Below, one piece after another: positions 1-12,349 of a DNA stretch of 46,110 bases (positions are counted from its first letter, which is position 1; each line of letters starts with the position of its first letter). Source of the DNA: Octopus sinensis (Eukaryota); assembly GCF_006345805.1 (NCBI RefSeq), contig NW_021834646.1, positions 1-46,110 on the forward strand, written 5' to 3'. The position numbers were made by a program, and so were the translations under genes. The notes under the pieces were generated by a model. That model had not been told where the DNA came from. It saw only the letters and a list, made by a program, of their open reading frames with translations, and made no database searches.

Positions 1-1659
1 AAGTGAATTTCTGTGTTTTTGTGTAACTGTTGTTGTTTAGCCTCAGATAACCTCGACCAAACAGAGACTTATGATCAAACGCATGCCAGCCAGACCATCA
101 TGCCTATTTCCAAAGAGAACCCACAACCACATTGTCCAATATGCCCTTCTGTACAGTGATATCGTGTGAATTTAGCTGCTAATTCTAGCAGGTATATCAG
201 CCACATAGTGATCCATTCACTGGTTTGGCTCCTTTGTTAAAATTCACATTTAAATAAAGACAACTTTGAAATGTTCATTATTGTTGTTGCTGTTGTTGTA
301 TATCTAATCCCCTCCCTAAACAACACCCATTGTTATATAGACAGCTTTAATATCTTCTGCTATATTGATAGCTATCTACCTTCATTTTTAGCTGAGAGTA
401 GAATGCCTGGTATATATATATATATATGCCTCTTTTCTCTTTATATATCACATAGAGATCGTGTTTCTATGTAATACATGATGTATCTAAGGATATATCT
501 CACTTTGTCCTGTTGTGGTTTTAAGACAGGCCTCTCCAAAGTGGTGGTGGTTGAATAAAAATTCAGGGGTTTTGAGTGCAAATACAATATTCTAATTTTA
601 TATTCTTACTTTATGACCTTCGTTATTTACTATTACTGAAATTTTCGTCAGTAAAAATAAAACTTCACTATTATACATATGAAAATAAATCAAAAAATTA
701 TAATTAAACAATAGCTGTGCTGAAAAGTCTGAGATAATAAAATAATGACACAACATTTGTTTTTAATTGCATGTGTCTCCCTCTTTTTAAATAACTTCAG
801 ATAAAGGAAGAGTACAATTCTTCCCTACAATATTTACCTTCATATTACTCCACTGTTTTTTAATTTGAAATTAGATTTCAATTTCTTACAGCAGAGACCA
901 AGATTAAATAAGTAAAACACATGAGACCTTTATGTACATTATAAGATGTGACAGGAAGCTCTACCGAGCAGACTTTTGTGGAATTGGAAGGAAGATTCAT
1001 AAGTATTCTCCACTTTTTATTGGATTCTTTTGTGATAGAAGTGAACAAACCTGATTGTTTTCAAATTAAATAATCAAGATATTTAATTAGATAAAAAGAA
1101 ACTTTATTCAGAAATTGATAATTACTATTAAAGCAAAACGAAATTTTACCGGTGAGTGTGTTAAATAATAAGGCACTAAAAGAGAATGACTCTCCCCAGA
1201 CACAACAAATTATTTTGTATCAAACTTTGTACAAAATTCTTCTAATAAATTGATAACATAAATTTCTGATTTTTGCTTGGATAACTGGGGGGAAAATTCT
1301 ATTCACACATTATATGCCATGTAAATACACAACAAAATATAAAGCTGTTCAAGCTATAGGTTACTGTTTATATAGACCAGCTGGAGCAAATTTAGTTTAA
1401 CATTTAATGCGTAACATAAACTACAACTTTATAAAAGTGTTTTCTATAAATTGAGAAAACGTAAGACTTTTAGTGACTTTATAAAACTAAAAAGAGTAAC
1501 TTCAAACTTTGATGACCCCAGACAAATTCCTTTACTGACTGAGATCTTCATCTTGTTCTGGTCAATGACTGTCAAAGTAATTTTCATATTTTAAAAGCAT
1601 CAAAAGGAAAATATGTTGCCCAGAGAAGAGAGGTTGAATTTGTCAAATTATAAAGCTCA

Positions 1660-1785
1660 GAGTATAATGATGGACTGGACATTTTCTTTGATTAATGATC
1701 AGAGGATCCCTAAACAGATGCTATATGCTAAACTTCTTTATGGAAGAGCCCCAGCAGAAACGAAGACTACGATTTAAAGACTGCG

Positions 1786-1790
<5 letters not shown>
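1660..1790 (+). mobile_element. RTE-clade LINE C-terminal remnant
   Basis: Translates across frameshifts to WTGH..DQRIPKQMLYAKL..KRRLRFKDC, resembling the RTE/BovB C-terminus WAGHV.RM.D.RIPKQLLYGEL..RKRFKD. Confidence 0.6.
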
Positions 1791-1816
<26 letters not shown>

Positions 1817-2022
1817 ACTGAGCGGATACTTACCAGGCTGAAAAAATGTACTTTAATGAGGTCAATTGGTTCGACTAAAAATCCTGCAAGGCGGTAACCC
1901 AGCATGGCCGCAATTTAATGACTGAAAAGATTTAAAAAAAGAAGAAGCAATATACGAAAATTGTCATCGATGTCAACAAGTTCCCCGTCGCTCTTTCACA
2001 AATTCAGCGAAACAGAAATGAA

Positions 2023-2069
<47 letters not shown>

Positions 2070-2354
2070 TGGCTGACCCACACACTCCTACAATTTCTTC
2101 AGAATGTCACGGTTTTAAGGTCAACATTTTTAAAGCATAAATATCTACGAGTGTGCGTCTTTGCATGTATCTATATGTGTGAGTGTTTGTGCGTGTGTGA
2201 GCACAGTCCACCCATACCCAAGGTGGTCGCATCGTCTCATTTGACCCAGCCGCGAATTTTTTTTTCTCCCACGAGTGTTCCGGATGCCATTAATGAACTC
2301 ATTTGCATACAACCAGTCAGAGCTCACCTTCAACTTGTTGTCAGGTTGACAAAC

Positions 2355-2770
2355 AGGAGTATCTGTATGGGAAGTAGCTCGCTTCCAACCACATGTTCCG
2401 GGTTCAATCCCACTACGTGGCACCATGGGCAAATGTCTTCTACTATAGCCTACGGACCGACAAAGCTTTGTCACGGAACAGAAGGAAGCCTGTCGTATAT
2501 ATGAATATATATTATATATATATATATGTATGTATGTAATGTATGTATGTGTGTGTGTGGTGTATGTTTTCTGTGTCTGGGTTTGTCCGCCCAACATAGT
2601 TTCACAACCGATGCTGGTGTGTTACGTCCCCGTCACTTAGCGGTTCGGCAAAAGAGACCGATAGAATAAGTACTGGGCTTACAAAGAATAAGTCCCGGGT
2701 CGATTTGCTCGACTAAAGCTGGTGCTCCAGCATGCCGCATCGAATGACTGAAACAAGTAAAAAAAAAAAA
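2355..2770 (+). mobile_element. tRNA-derived SINE family A (head, internal microsatellite, tail)
   Basis: B-box-like GGTTCAATCCC, then TGGGCAAATGTCTTCTACTATAGCC, internal (TA)/(TG)n, and tail GACTGAAACAAGTAAAAA. Other copies at 16432-16832 and 22912-23325. Confidence 0.8.
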
Positions 2771-2883
2771 ATATATTATATATATATTATATATAATATA
2801 TATATATGTATCTATATATCTATATATCTATCTATCTATTTATCTATCTATATATCTATCTATCTTTATATATACCTTTAATT

Positions 2884-3192
2884 GAGGCGCGTGGCTTATT
2901 GATTTGGGCATTCGGCTCACGATCGTAAGGTTGTGGTTCGATTCCCGGCGACGCGTGTGTCCTTGCGCAGACACTTTATTTCACGTTGCTCCAGTCCACT
3001 CAGCTGCAAAAGAGTTGTACTTGTATTTCAAAGGGTCAGCCTTGTCACTCTCTGTGTCACGTGATTATCCCCGAGAACTACGTTAAGGGTACACGTGTCT
3101 GTGGAATGCTCAGCCATTTGCACGTTAATTCACGAGCAAGCTGTCCGTTGATCGTATCAGCTGGGACCCTCGTCGTCGTACCGGCGGAGTCT
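2884..3192 (+). mobile_element. tRNA-derived SINE family C
   Basis: A-box-like TGGCTT, B-box GGTTCGATTCCC and core ACTTTATTTCACGTTGCTCCAG, shared with 18457-18790. Confidence 0.75.
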
Positions 3193-3244
3193 TTAAAACA
3201 AAATATATATATACCTTTATAAATGTCTATATATATCTTACAGA

Positions 3245-3448
3245 CATACTACATACTACATACATACAATACTATCTACATACATACATACATACATACA
3301 TACAATACATACATACATACATACAACATACATACATACATACATACATACTACATACATACATACATACATACATACATACATACATACATACATACAT
3401 ACATACATACATACATACATAACATACATACATACATACATACATACA

Positions 3449-3480
<32 letters not shown>
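3245..3480. repeat. (TACA)n microsatellite
   Basis: Direct inspection. Confidence 0.98.
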
Positions 3481-3482
<2 letters not shown>

Positions 3483-3961
3483 GGTGTATATACTCACACA
3501 CGCATATCTGAAACAAAATAATAACCTGATCAAGTGCAAAGGTTTGTACTAGATATTGTTATTACTTTATATAGTTGTGGCGTGTAATTAAATGTAAATT
3601 ATAAGCTAGTTGATGTTTAATTGTTAAAGGTATCAGCAGGAAGCTTGCATGCGTATGTGTGTCTGTTGGTGCGCCAATGCTCGTGTCCCCTTCGCAAGCG
3701 AAAAACGAACCCATTTCAATTTGAAACTCTCACGTCGGTTTTATATGACGCAAGGGAAGCAACTCTAAGATGTTATTTTTTAGTTATCTCCCTTAATAAG
3801 GTAGTTTAAAGAAAATACACTTTTGTCGCTATTTGCTCTTTTAATCTCTTTTTTCAGTCATTTTACGGCGGCCATGCTAGAGCACCACCTTTAGTCGAGC
3901 AAATCGACCAGTACTTATTCTATCGGTGTCTTTTGCCGAACCGCTAAGTTACATCGTGTGT

Positions 3962-4405
3962 CGTTGCTTTTACAAAGTTTTTCCATGAAGGCGAGATTGA
4001 TGTGAAGGGGTGGAAGGAAGATTTTTTCTGGGTTTACCAGCGGCACATGCTGCACATTGTAGCTTCCAATTATTCGCTGATCTCTTTTAGAGCAGTCTTT
4101 TACAGTGCAATGGTTGCTGTCATCACGACTGTTCCAAAAATACAAGAGTGCATATTTTTATGTTCCAGCTGCAGTCCTAGGAGGAGTAAATCATCTTTAA
4201 ATCACCAGAAATATTTCACTTATGAACTGAGTAATTAACTCCTTTCAGAATGAGTTCCATCGATTCATAGTTCTTTCCTTCTTCCATACCGATAGCATGA
4301 CCCACAGGAATGGAAGGTTTTTCATTACCATTATGTAACAACACAGCTTCGAGGCTAACCTTACTCGAGTCTTTAAACAATCTCCATTCCTTAGTCACAT
4401 ACACT
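3962..4405 (-). mobile_element. Chapaev3 (CMC)-like DNA transposase fragment
   Basis: EWRLFKDSSKVSLEAVLLHNGNEKPSIPVGH..NYESMELIL and WNSRDD..NVQHVPLVNPEKIFLPPLHINL match the recalled Chapaev3 core motifs WRLFIDSS.RSLKAVLLHNGN and LPPLHIKLG. Confidence 0.75.
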
Positions 4406-4407
4406 TG

Positions 4408-6694
4408 ACGTTCTATCCATTTGGAGGTCCGGACTGAACCAGACCCCGAGCAATTTAACCGGTCCGTCCGTCCAGCGTCCCACTACTGAGCCGCAGTCGG
4501 ACGGCATGGGTTGCTTCTCCAGGTGCCGAGTAGCAAACCCACTGACTTTTCCGGGTTAATCTTCGCTCCCCTCACCGTTTCGTATTTTCCTTAGTGTCTC
4601 GCCTATCATCTGATGTGTTTGTGTCGCTCGACACTATGACGGTGACATTGTCCGCATATGCCGACACGCTCGTCCCGCAACCCAGTTCCCGTGGGATGCC
4701 CCTCAGTGTCGCCAGCTTCCGCAGTAGCGGCTCGAGAGTCAATATATACAGAAGCGCCGACAGGGGACACCCCTGACGGACCGAACGCGTGATGTCAAAC
4801 GGTTTCGACAGGTGACCGTTCACCCGAATCACCGATCGGATGCCGCTATACAAGGCAGCGATCCAACCGCGGAAGACGGGACCGAAGCCAGCCGCCCTGA
4901 GGACGGCCGCCAAGTACCGATGGTCGACCCTATCGAATGCATTAGACTGATCCAAATTTATCAGCGCCCCACCCATGCCAGGATCCTTAACTACCCTGTC
5001 CACAATGTAGCGCATCAGGTGGAGGTTGTCATGTATGGTTCTGCCCGGCACGGCGCATGTTTGCGCCCTGTCGACCAGTTTACCAATGACAAGCGCCAAC
5101 CTCTCGGCTATTACTTTGGCCAAAATTTTCAAATCTGCGTTGAACAGAGTGATGGGCCTGAAATTATCTATAAAATTCCCCTTGTTTGGGTCTTTCTTCA
5201 GCAACGTCACTGCACCTCGGCTCACGAAACCGGGAATTCTCCCGTTTTGTTGCCAGTTGCAGTACACTGATGCCAAGAGGTCGTCAAACAAGTCTGGCAT
5301 TTGACTATACAGCTCGTAGGGTAAACCATCTAATCCAAGCGACTTATCCCTCGCGCAGCCCGCCATCGCATCCCGCACGTCAGCGGCTGTGATGGGACTT
5401 TCACAACACTTCGCTTCTCTTGCCGAGAGCCGCGGCAGGTCGGTCAGGTAGGCACTGAAATCCATTCCGCGTTCCGACCCACCACTCGCACCAAACAATC
5501 GAGCAAAGTGCTGTTGAAAGGCCTCACACATCCTTTCGGGTTCGAGTAAACTGCATCCCTGTTGATCTATTAGAGACCGAATGGTGGCTCTGTTGCCACG
5601 CTGCGCCTCCGCTACCCGGGCCTCTCGCGCAGCTTCGATCCCTTCGTTCCTTAAGGTACGCATTGTAGCTCTGACGACGCAACCTTCGTGCTTGGCGTTG
5701 AGGTGTTGGTCGAGGGCCATCCTCGCAGCCGGCACGTTGGTTGCGCTGCCAGTGGTAAGTGCCTCTTCTAGTTTCTTAACTAGGTCTCCCTCTACTCTGT
5801 TTCGATCTATCGCTAATTCCTTGCTAAACCTAATTGATTCCGATTTTATTGCCATTTCAGGGCGAACCACCAGCGATTGTTAACGACGGCTCCCGTCAGC
5901 GCCCTCTTAATTAACTCGCTAATTCCTGTAAACCTGTCGCGCTAAGAGCGACGTGTTCAGTTTTCCAGTAACCGGACCCTGTCTATGTGTCTTATCTAAG
6001 TCGAGCGTACACGTCACAAATTTGTGATCTGTGTAGCTGACTATTTTAAATTGTGGACATCCTACGCTATTCCTATCCGCTGTCCTGCATAGAATTCTAT
6101 CTAGATAAGATCTCGATGATCCGACGTGGTTTGTCCAAGTCCACGTTGGTACGTTCGGATTGTCGAGTCGGAACCTGTCAGACAAATGGAAACGTCTGAG
6201 TAGATCTTTGAGGCTCTTACACCCCCTTCTATTCCCACATAATCTAGATGCGTGTCCAAGGTAGCGTTCCAATCCCCTACTAACAGTAAAGGTCTAGACG
6301 TACCCAGGAAAACCTCTAGACGTCTGAAGAAATCCGCCCGACCCGTTAAGGACGGTGCATAAACTGCTATCAGACGGAATGCACACCCATTTCTGCCATC
6401 CACGTCCAAGACAACCAGCCTACCCTCCGGGTCTAGGAATATTGTTCTTACTTTTACATTTAGACTCTTTCGAAAAAGCACCGCGGTACCTCCACCACCC
6501 ATGTTCGGCAGACAGGGAGAAAAATAAATGTCAAATTGATCGCCAAACATGGACGCGAGGGCCCGCGACTTGCTGAGTCTGGTTTCACTGATAGCTACTA
6601 TATCCACGTTCAGTGACATGATGTCGTTTAGAAGGTAACCTTGCTTCCAAGCCGACGCCAAGCTACGCGCATTCACACAACCTAATTTAAGCAT
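4408..6694 (-). pseudogene. Tx1 ORF2 (APE endonuclease plus reverse transcriptase), frameshifted and truncated
   Basis: ORFs 6101-6694, 5919-6272 and 4572-5870 join into an APE-RT polyprotein. The catalytic YADD reads YADN. Homology to copy 2 stops at ~4408. Confidence 0.9.
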
Positions 6695-6760
6695 AATTGA
6701 CGTTTACGAAAATTGTGTTTCACACACTACATTGGAAGAGACAAGAGGCAAGAGGGAAGG

Positions 6761-8651
6761 TCACTTACTCATTTCGAAAGTTTCATTTTTTTTCTTCTTC
6801 TTTTGTAGTGTCTTTGATGAGGTGTTTGTATAGTTTTTTGGAGAGGTAACGTTGAAACCCGCCTACCGCATTTGGAAATATTGTTTTCAGTGTATGGTGT
6901 TGTGTTTGTGTTATGTGTACAATTCTTATGTGCTTCGGTGGTGTGGTGCGCGGATGATTGTTTGTCTTAAAGTCATCTTCACAGATGTCTGTGTTGGATG
7001 CAATCTAATCCATTAATTTTTTTTGTCTGTGTCTATTGCAGTTAGTTGTGTGTATGGTTTTGCGGGTTCATTGATTTTTTGATTGTCCAGGGGATGCTGT
7101 CCGGAGTTAGATATCTCCTGCTTTACTTCCTTGTTTGGTGGGCTTTTTTGATTTTTTCCTTTTACCCCTGTGGCTATTTGCCGTTCCGTCGAACTTTCGT
7201 CGTCCGACGTATCAGAAGAGGGTAAAGGCAAAGCATTTGTGTTACTATGTATGCTTGTAGAAATTGTTGATGTTTTGTGCGGTGTTTGTGTTGTTATGGT
7301 GTTAGGGGTAGAATTTGTCTTCTCGTCACTGATTTCTGTCTTTTTAATTGTCGTCCTGGGTGTTGGTGTGGGTCTATCTTTTGGTTCAGCATGATAAATT
7401 GGTTGCGTCGTCAACGGTGATTTTGTTGGTACTGTTTCGTTTCTTGGTGATGTTGTTGGGTTTGTTTTTTGCTGGTTTGTTGTTTTTCTTCTTGGCATTT
7501 TTCCATAATTGAGTGTGTGGTGTTGGTGTTGGCAACAAGGTTTTTTTATTTGTTTTCTGATTTGTTCTTTCTTGTTTTTTCTGTACCAGATCGCACTTGG
7601 CAATTAAATGCTCTGGGCTGCCACAGTTGTAGCATCTAGGCTTCTTGCCTTCTGCCACAATATATAGGCTTTGCCCATTTTCTAGGTGGATCCTATCGGG
7701 TAGGCTCTCGATAGAGGCACCCTCAATCTGGATGGTCACTACTACTGTTTTTCCACCCAATTGTGTTTTTAGGTACACGGCTGTTCTAAAATATTGATCT
7801 TTTTCAAATGGTAACAGATTGCCCCTGTTATCCATTTGTTCGGGATCTCGGGGGGTACATTTTTTAATAGTAATTCTACTCACTCTCTGGCCTTTGAAAT
7901 AAGGTACCATTTTGATATCATCATTTTCCAAAGACTCCGTAGAGTGAGGTTTTGCCATTTCCTGGTTAGGAAAGCGGACCACAACTGTGTTAAACTGGGG
8001 ACCCCAGTTTATATATTCTTTTTTTTTTCATTATGCTTTTTAAAGATTTTTCTATATCCGTTTTTGTAATCTGTTCATTTAGTTTTTTGTTTTTTCTTAT
8101 AATTTTATATATAATTGTCTTATTTTCTATTTGTTCCTTTATGTGTTGAGGTGTATGCAGCACTAAATCTTGCCCACGGGTTGTAAAGAGAGCTCTCGTT
8201 TCTATTAGCTCTTCATTTGTAAATGTTACTATTGCCTTCTTCTGACGCAGAGTGTCAGCGTAATTTACTGGTGTTGTTGATTTTTTATATTAACATCTTC
8301 ACTATTAGATAGTAAGATATTTATTTCATTTTCATTGTTGTTCTTGTTGTTGTTGTTTTTCTTAATAGTATTCGCGTGAGTTTCATTTTTATCATTTATG
8401 TTGGTCGTGGTGGTAGTGGTGGTTGTGGTGGAGGTGGTGGTGGTAGCAGTAGTAGTCTCGTTGTTGTTGTTAGTGGTGGTGGTGGTGGTGACAGGGCTGT
8501 TACCGCAAGTGGTTGCAACGTTCACTACCACGTCATTCAGGTTTGCACTTTGCGTGCATGAGTTCTTTTTTTCTCCTAGCGTTTCCAGACTAGGAAAATG
8601 CTGGTCCATAAAAGAACGCGACCAGCGTTCTACAATAAAATTTCTCGACAT
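6761..8651 (-). pseudogene. Tx1 ORF1 (gag-like nucleic-acid chaperone with CCHC knuckle), frameshifted
   Basis: ORF pieces 8265-8651, 7386-7982 and 7013-7603; knuckle CYNCGSPEHLIAKC at ~7595-7635; T/N/P-rich low-complexity linkers; lies directly upstream of ORF2. Confidence 0.8.
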
Positions 8652-8850
8652 TTTTTAATGTCGAGAAGAAAATTACACAAATTAATAGGGTTGAAACTGT
8701 CCCTAGGGGCAAGTTCCTCCCTTGGAAAAGCACTCAAACGAAAGTTGGGTGCCTTACACACCTTATTTACAAAAATGTACACAAAATATGGGCTATAAAT
8801 AGTCAAAATAAGCGATTACCTTAGGAGCCGAAGTGACAGCACGTCCGTAG

Positions 8851-8853
8851 ATG

Positions 8854-8934
<81 letters not shown>

Positions 8935-8968
8935 GTAGATATATAGATAGATAGACAGACAGACAGAA

Positions 8969-9045
<77 letters not shown>

Positions 9046-9072
9046 TATATAGAGATAGATAGATAGATAGAT

Positions 9073-9113
<41 letters not shown>

Positions 9114-9128
9114 CAGATAGATGGATAG
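8851..9128. repeat. (GATA)n/(GACA)n microsatellite
   Basis: Direct inspection. Confidence 0.98.
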
Positions 9129-9419
9129 GAAGAAAGAGAATGATAGAAAGGGGCAAAGAGGAAGTAGAAAATGAGAAAAAAGGAGAGTGAGAAGGGGTGA
9201 TGGATGAAGGAAGAGCCGTAGATTACGAGACAAAGAGGAAGGAAAAGAAAGATGGAAACATAAATGGGGGAAGAGAGAGGGAGACTGGGATCTAGTAATA
9301 TGCAGTGAAAGAGAGGTGAAGCTAAGAAAGTAATGAGGGAGAAGGTTTGAAGGGGGAGAAGGGAAAGTGAAGGAGACTTCTACGGATGGGAGCAGTATGA
9401 GATAAGATAGTAACAGCAC

Positions 9420-9441
9420 TGGCAGTAGTAGCAGTACTAAT

Positions 9442-9472
<31 letters not shown>

Positions 9473-9820
9473 GCATCAGCATCATCATCATCATCAGCAG
9501 CAGCAGCACTAGTAGCAGTTCTAATAGTAACAATGCAGCAGTAAAAGCAGAGACATAAACAGAAGCATCAATAATAACAACAACAGCAGCAACAACGTCA
9601 ATAATAGCAATAACAGAGGCAACAGGAACAGGAGTAGCAGCAGCCGCAGCAGCAGCAGCAGCAACGGTGATAAACTAGATTCTGGAGAGTATTGTGAAAA
9701 TCAGTAGAAGTCCAAGGAGACCAGCCAGTAACTTCAACAACAACAACAACAACAACAAGAAGACTTCTAGCAACAATAACCACAACATTATCATGAACAA
9801 CAACAACAACAACCATTAGC
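9420..9820. repeat. Compound CAT/CAG/CAA trinucleotide low-complexity tract
   Basis: Direct inspection. Confidence 0.9.
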
Positions 9821-10794
9821 AACACAAGCCAATGAAGGAGCTGCTATATAGCCTGAACATCCGGCTAGAAAAAGCAACCAAATCTTCCTCAGATCACACT
9901 CCAAAGAGAAAGGCATACGTTAGACAGTGTGGCAATAGAAACTAAAAAGCACAGATGTCATGGTTGGAATGGCAGTGATCATAGGTCTGTTTGATCAGAG
10001 TTAACCTTAGGCTAAATAACAACCACAGTGATATCAAGAAGCCAATGAGGAAACTTGAGCCAATGAGAAAGCTTCTATGTGGTCACTAAATCAGCCTGAA
10101 ACAACAGCAAAACGTCCCTTAAATCACATCCTACTTTTTGAAAAAAAAAAGAGTACGCTGGATAATGTACTCTTATACATAACTCTATAAAGATGGGCAG
10201 TTACAGTTGGGTCACTGCTAATCCTGGTTAGCGTACATTACTCTGTAAGAAGCATAAGGCCAGTTTTCTGGTTTCTCTTGGGCATATATTCCTCCCTGAA
10301 TGGGGTGATGCTCCATTGTAGGATGATCATTTTTACTAGTTGAGTGGACAGGAGCAGCATGGAATAAAGGGTTTTGCTCAAGAACATAATGCATCACCCG
10401 GTCCAGGATTCAAAACCACAATCTTACGATCATGTGTCCAACACCCTAACCACTAAGCCATGTACCTCCCCAACTTCTAATTATAGAGCTGTTGAACCAT
10501 GGTTAACCTGGGTGAAACATCAACAATAGCAACATGAACCCTACTAAAAAAAATACTTCTATCTCTCTCTCTCTCTGCTCTGAGTTCAAATCCTGCTGAA
10601 GTCATCTTAGCCTTTCATATTTTCAAGGTTGATAAGAAGCACCAAGCTTGAATACCAGGCTTGAGTGATGAATTGAGAGAAAAGTAAGAATTTGGGGCCA
10701 AATGCCTTACTGTATTTATTCTGGTTCTTTGCATTCTGGAATGGAACCTTCATAAGGCCTGCTTACATTATAGATTGAATTTGTCACCTGATTT

Positions 10795-11452
10795 AAAATC
10801 ATTACTTGGCATCTTGTTGCATTCAATGGGTGTATCTTTGCAATCCAGAAAAGAAGCTCAGCCTTGGAATGGTGTTGCATTTCTTCTCCAAGAGCTAAGA
10901 AGTTTAAGAGATAGTTATCGACACAGAAAAACCTGGTGGCTGTTTTCTGGAATGACAAGGGCATCGGTCTCCTTGATTTTCTGGAATGTGCCTGAAGTGT
11001 GAACAGAGAACATCGAGACACTCAAAAGGCTTAGAGAAGCCATTAAGAGGAAGAGGCTGACCAAGAATCTGAACAAGAAGAGGCTGAACAATAACAAATG
11101 ACTCAAGTTTATTATGACAATGCACAACTGCACAAATCTTTAGCAACAAATCAAGTAATCAGCCAATTAGGCTGATCAGTGATCGCCATCCACCGTACTG
11201 ACTGGATCTGGCCCTCTGACTTCCACCTCTTTGGTCCATTGATGATATTGATGAGATGAAAGTGGCTGTACCAAAGTGACACCAACAGTGCACACCTGAA
11301 TCTTTTCAAAGATGATCTGAGTGTCGGGTTCAGCAATAGAGCAGATGTATCCCATGCAATGGAGACTGTGCTGAATCGTACTTTTGCATAAAGTATTATT
11401 CACTCTAATAAAGCATTATTCACTAACATGTGTACTTTGGATGACCTATGTT
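10795..11452 (+). mobile_element. Mariner (Tc1/mariner DD34D) transposase remnant
   Basis: WVYLCNPEKK..EW..SSPRAKKFK, VAVFWNDKGIGLLDFLE, ETLKRLREAIKRKR, YDNAQLH and HPPY*LDL.PSDFHLFGPL; many stops and frameshifts. Confidence 0.85.
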
Positions 11453-11999
11453 AATCAATAAAAACAATTTTTCCCACTTTTGCACTAGATTTATTATAAC
11501 TTTCATATATTTGTTGCATATAGGTGAATCAAAAGAAAATCTCACACACATACATCCACACATCCACACACACACATATATTATCATTTCTTTATATTTA
11601 CTTTTTAAGTCTGTTTTCCAAAGTTAGCATGGATTAAATAAATATATTGTTGGCAGAGTTGTACAGTTGGATGCCCTTCCTCTCACTAACCCTTGCCTAA
11701 TTTTCAAGTAAGAGAGATATACACACATACAGATGTGTGTGTGTGTGTGTGTGCGCACGTGCATGTGTTAATGTTTGTTTTTATGCTCACTTATAATAAA
11801 AACAATTACACGTTAATCTGATGGGTTACTCTATACTCTTGTAGAGAACAAATTTATTATTCTTAAATAAGAATATTATTGATGGTGATTTTGAAGTTTC
11901 AGCCAGTTAAAGCTATTGTTGGACTGTCCAACCATGGCTTCACAGGCTAAAACTTCAAAGTCACTGTCAATAATATTGTTGTTTAAGAATAATAATAAG

Positions 12000-12215
12000 A
12001 ATAATCCATTCTACTGAAGGCACAAAAACCTGAAATTTGGTGGGAGGGGAGTAGTTGATTGCATCGACCCCCAGCGTTCCACTGGTACTTAATTTATCAA
12101 CCCTGAAAGGATGAAAGGCAGCTGACCATAGCAGAATTTGAACTCTGTATGTAAAGACAGATGAATTACTACAAAGCATTTTGCCTGACATGCCAAAGAT
12201 TCTGCCAGTATGTTG
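12000..12215 (-). mobile_element. SINE family B
   Basis: Motif CATCGACCCC..CTGGTACTTAATTTATCAACCCTGAAAGGATGAAAGGCA..GAATTTGAACTC recurs at 14620-15060, 17530-17930, 31935-32030 and 43190-43350. Confidence 0.7.
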
Positions 12216-12222
12216 CCTTATG

Positions 12223-12283
12223 TAATAATAATAATAATAATAATAATAATGATAATAATAATAATAATAATAATAATAATATA

Positions 12284-12330
<47 letters not shown>

Positions 12331-12349
12331 TAATAATAATAATAATAAT
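12223..12349. repeat. (AAT)n microsatellite 5' of the Dong-like element
   Basis: Direct inspection. Confidence 0.98.

Larger units (their letters stand above)
4408..8850 (-). mobile_element. Tx1/L1-clade non-LTR retrotransposon copy 1 (5'UTR, ORF1, ORF2 through RT); 3'-truncated
   Basis: Ordered on the minus strand: zinc-knuckle ORF1, APE endonuclease (MLKLGCVNARSL, ISETRL, VYAPS, VGDWN, YLDRI, TDHK) and RT (NFRPITLFNADLKILAK, LDQSNAFDRVDH, RQGCPLS, AYADN). The 5' end abuts a (GATA)n tract. Confidence 0.93.

Noticed and set aside
528-1600. Possible ancient hAT transposon (TIR-like CAGGCCTCTCCAAAGTGG; IFLPIP..SAR*SF on the minus strand near 950-1000)
   Set aside because: Similarity is too weak to support by eye; it needs a profile HMM search.
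4594-5883. Plus-strand ORFs overlapping Tx1 ORF2 (and minus-strand ORFs over copy 2)
   Set aside because: They are antisense shadows of GC-rich coding sequence with no independent motifs.
9421-9820. PolyQ/polyH coding exon
   Set aside because: Mixed-frame trinucleotide tract with stops, flanked by repeats, with no splice or domain support.
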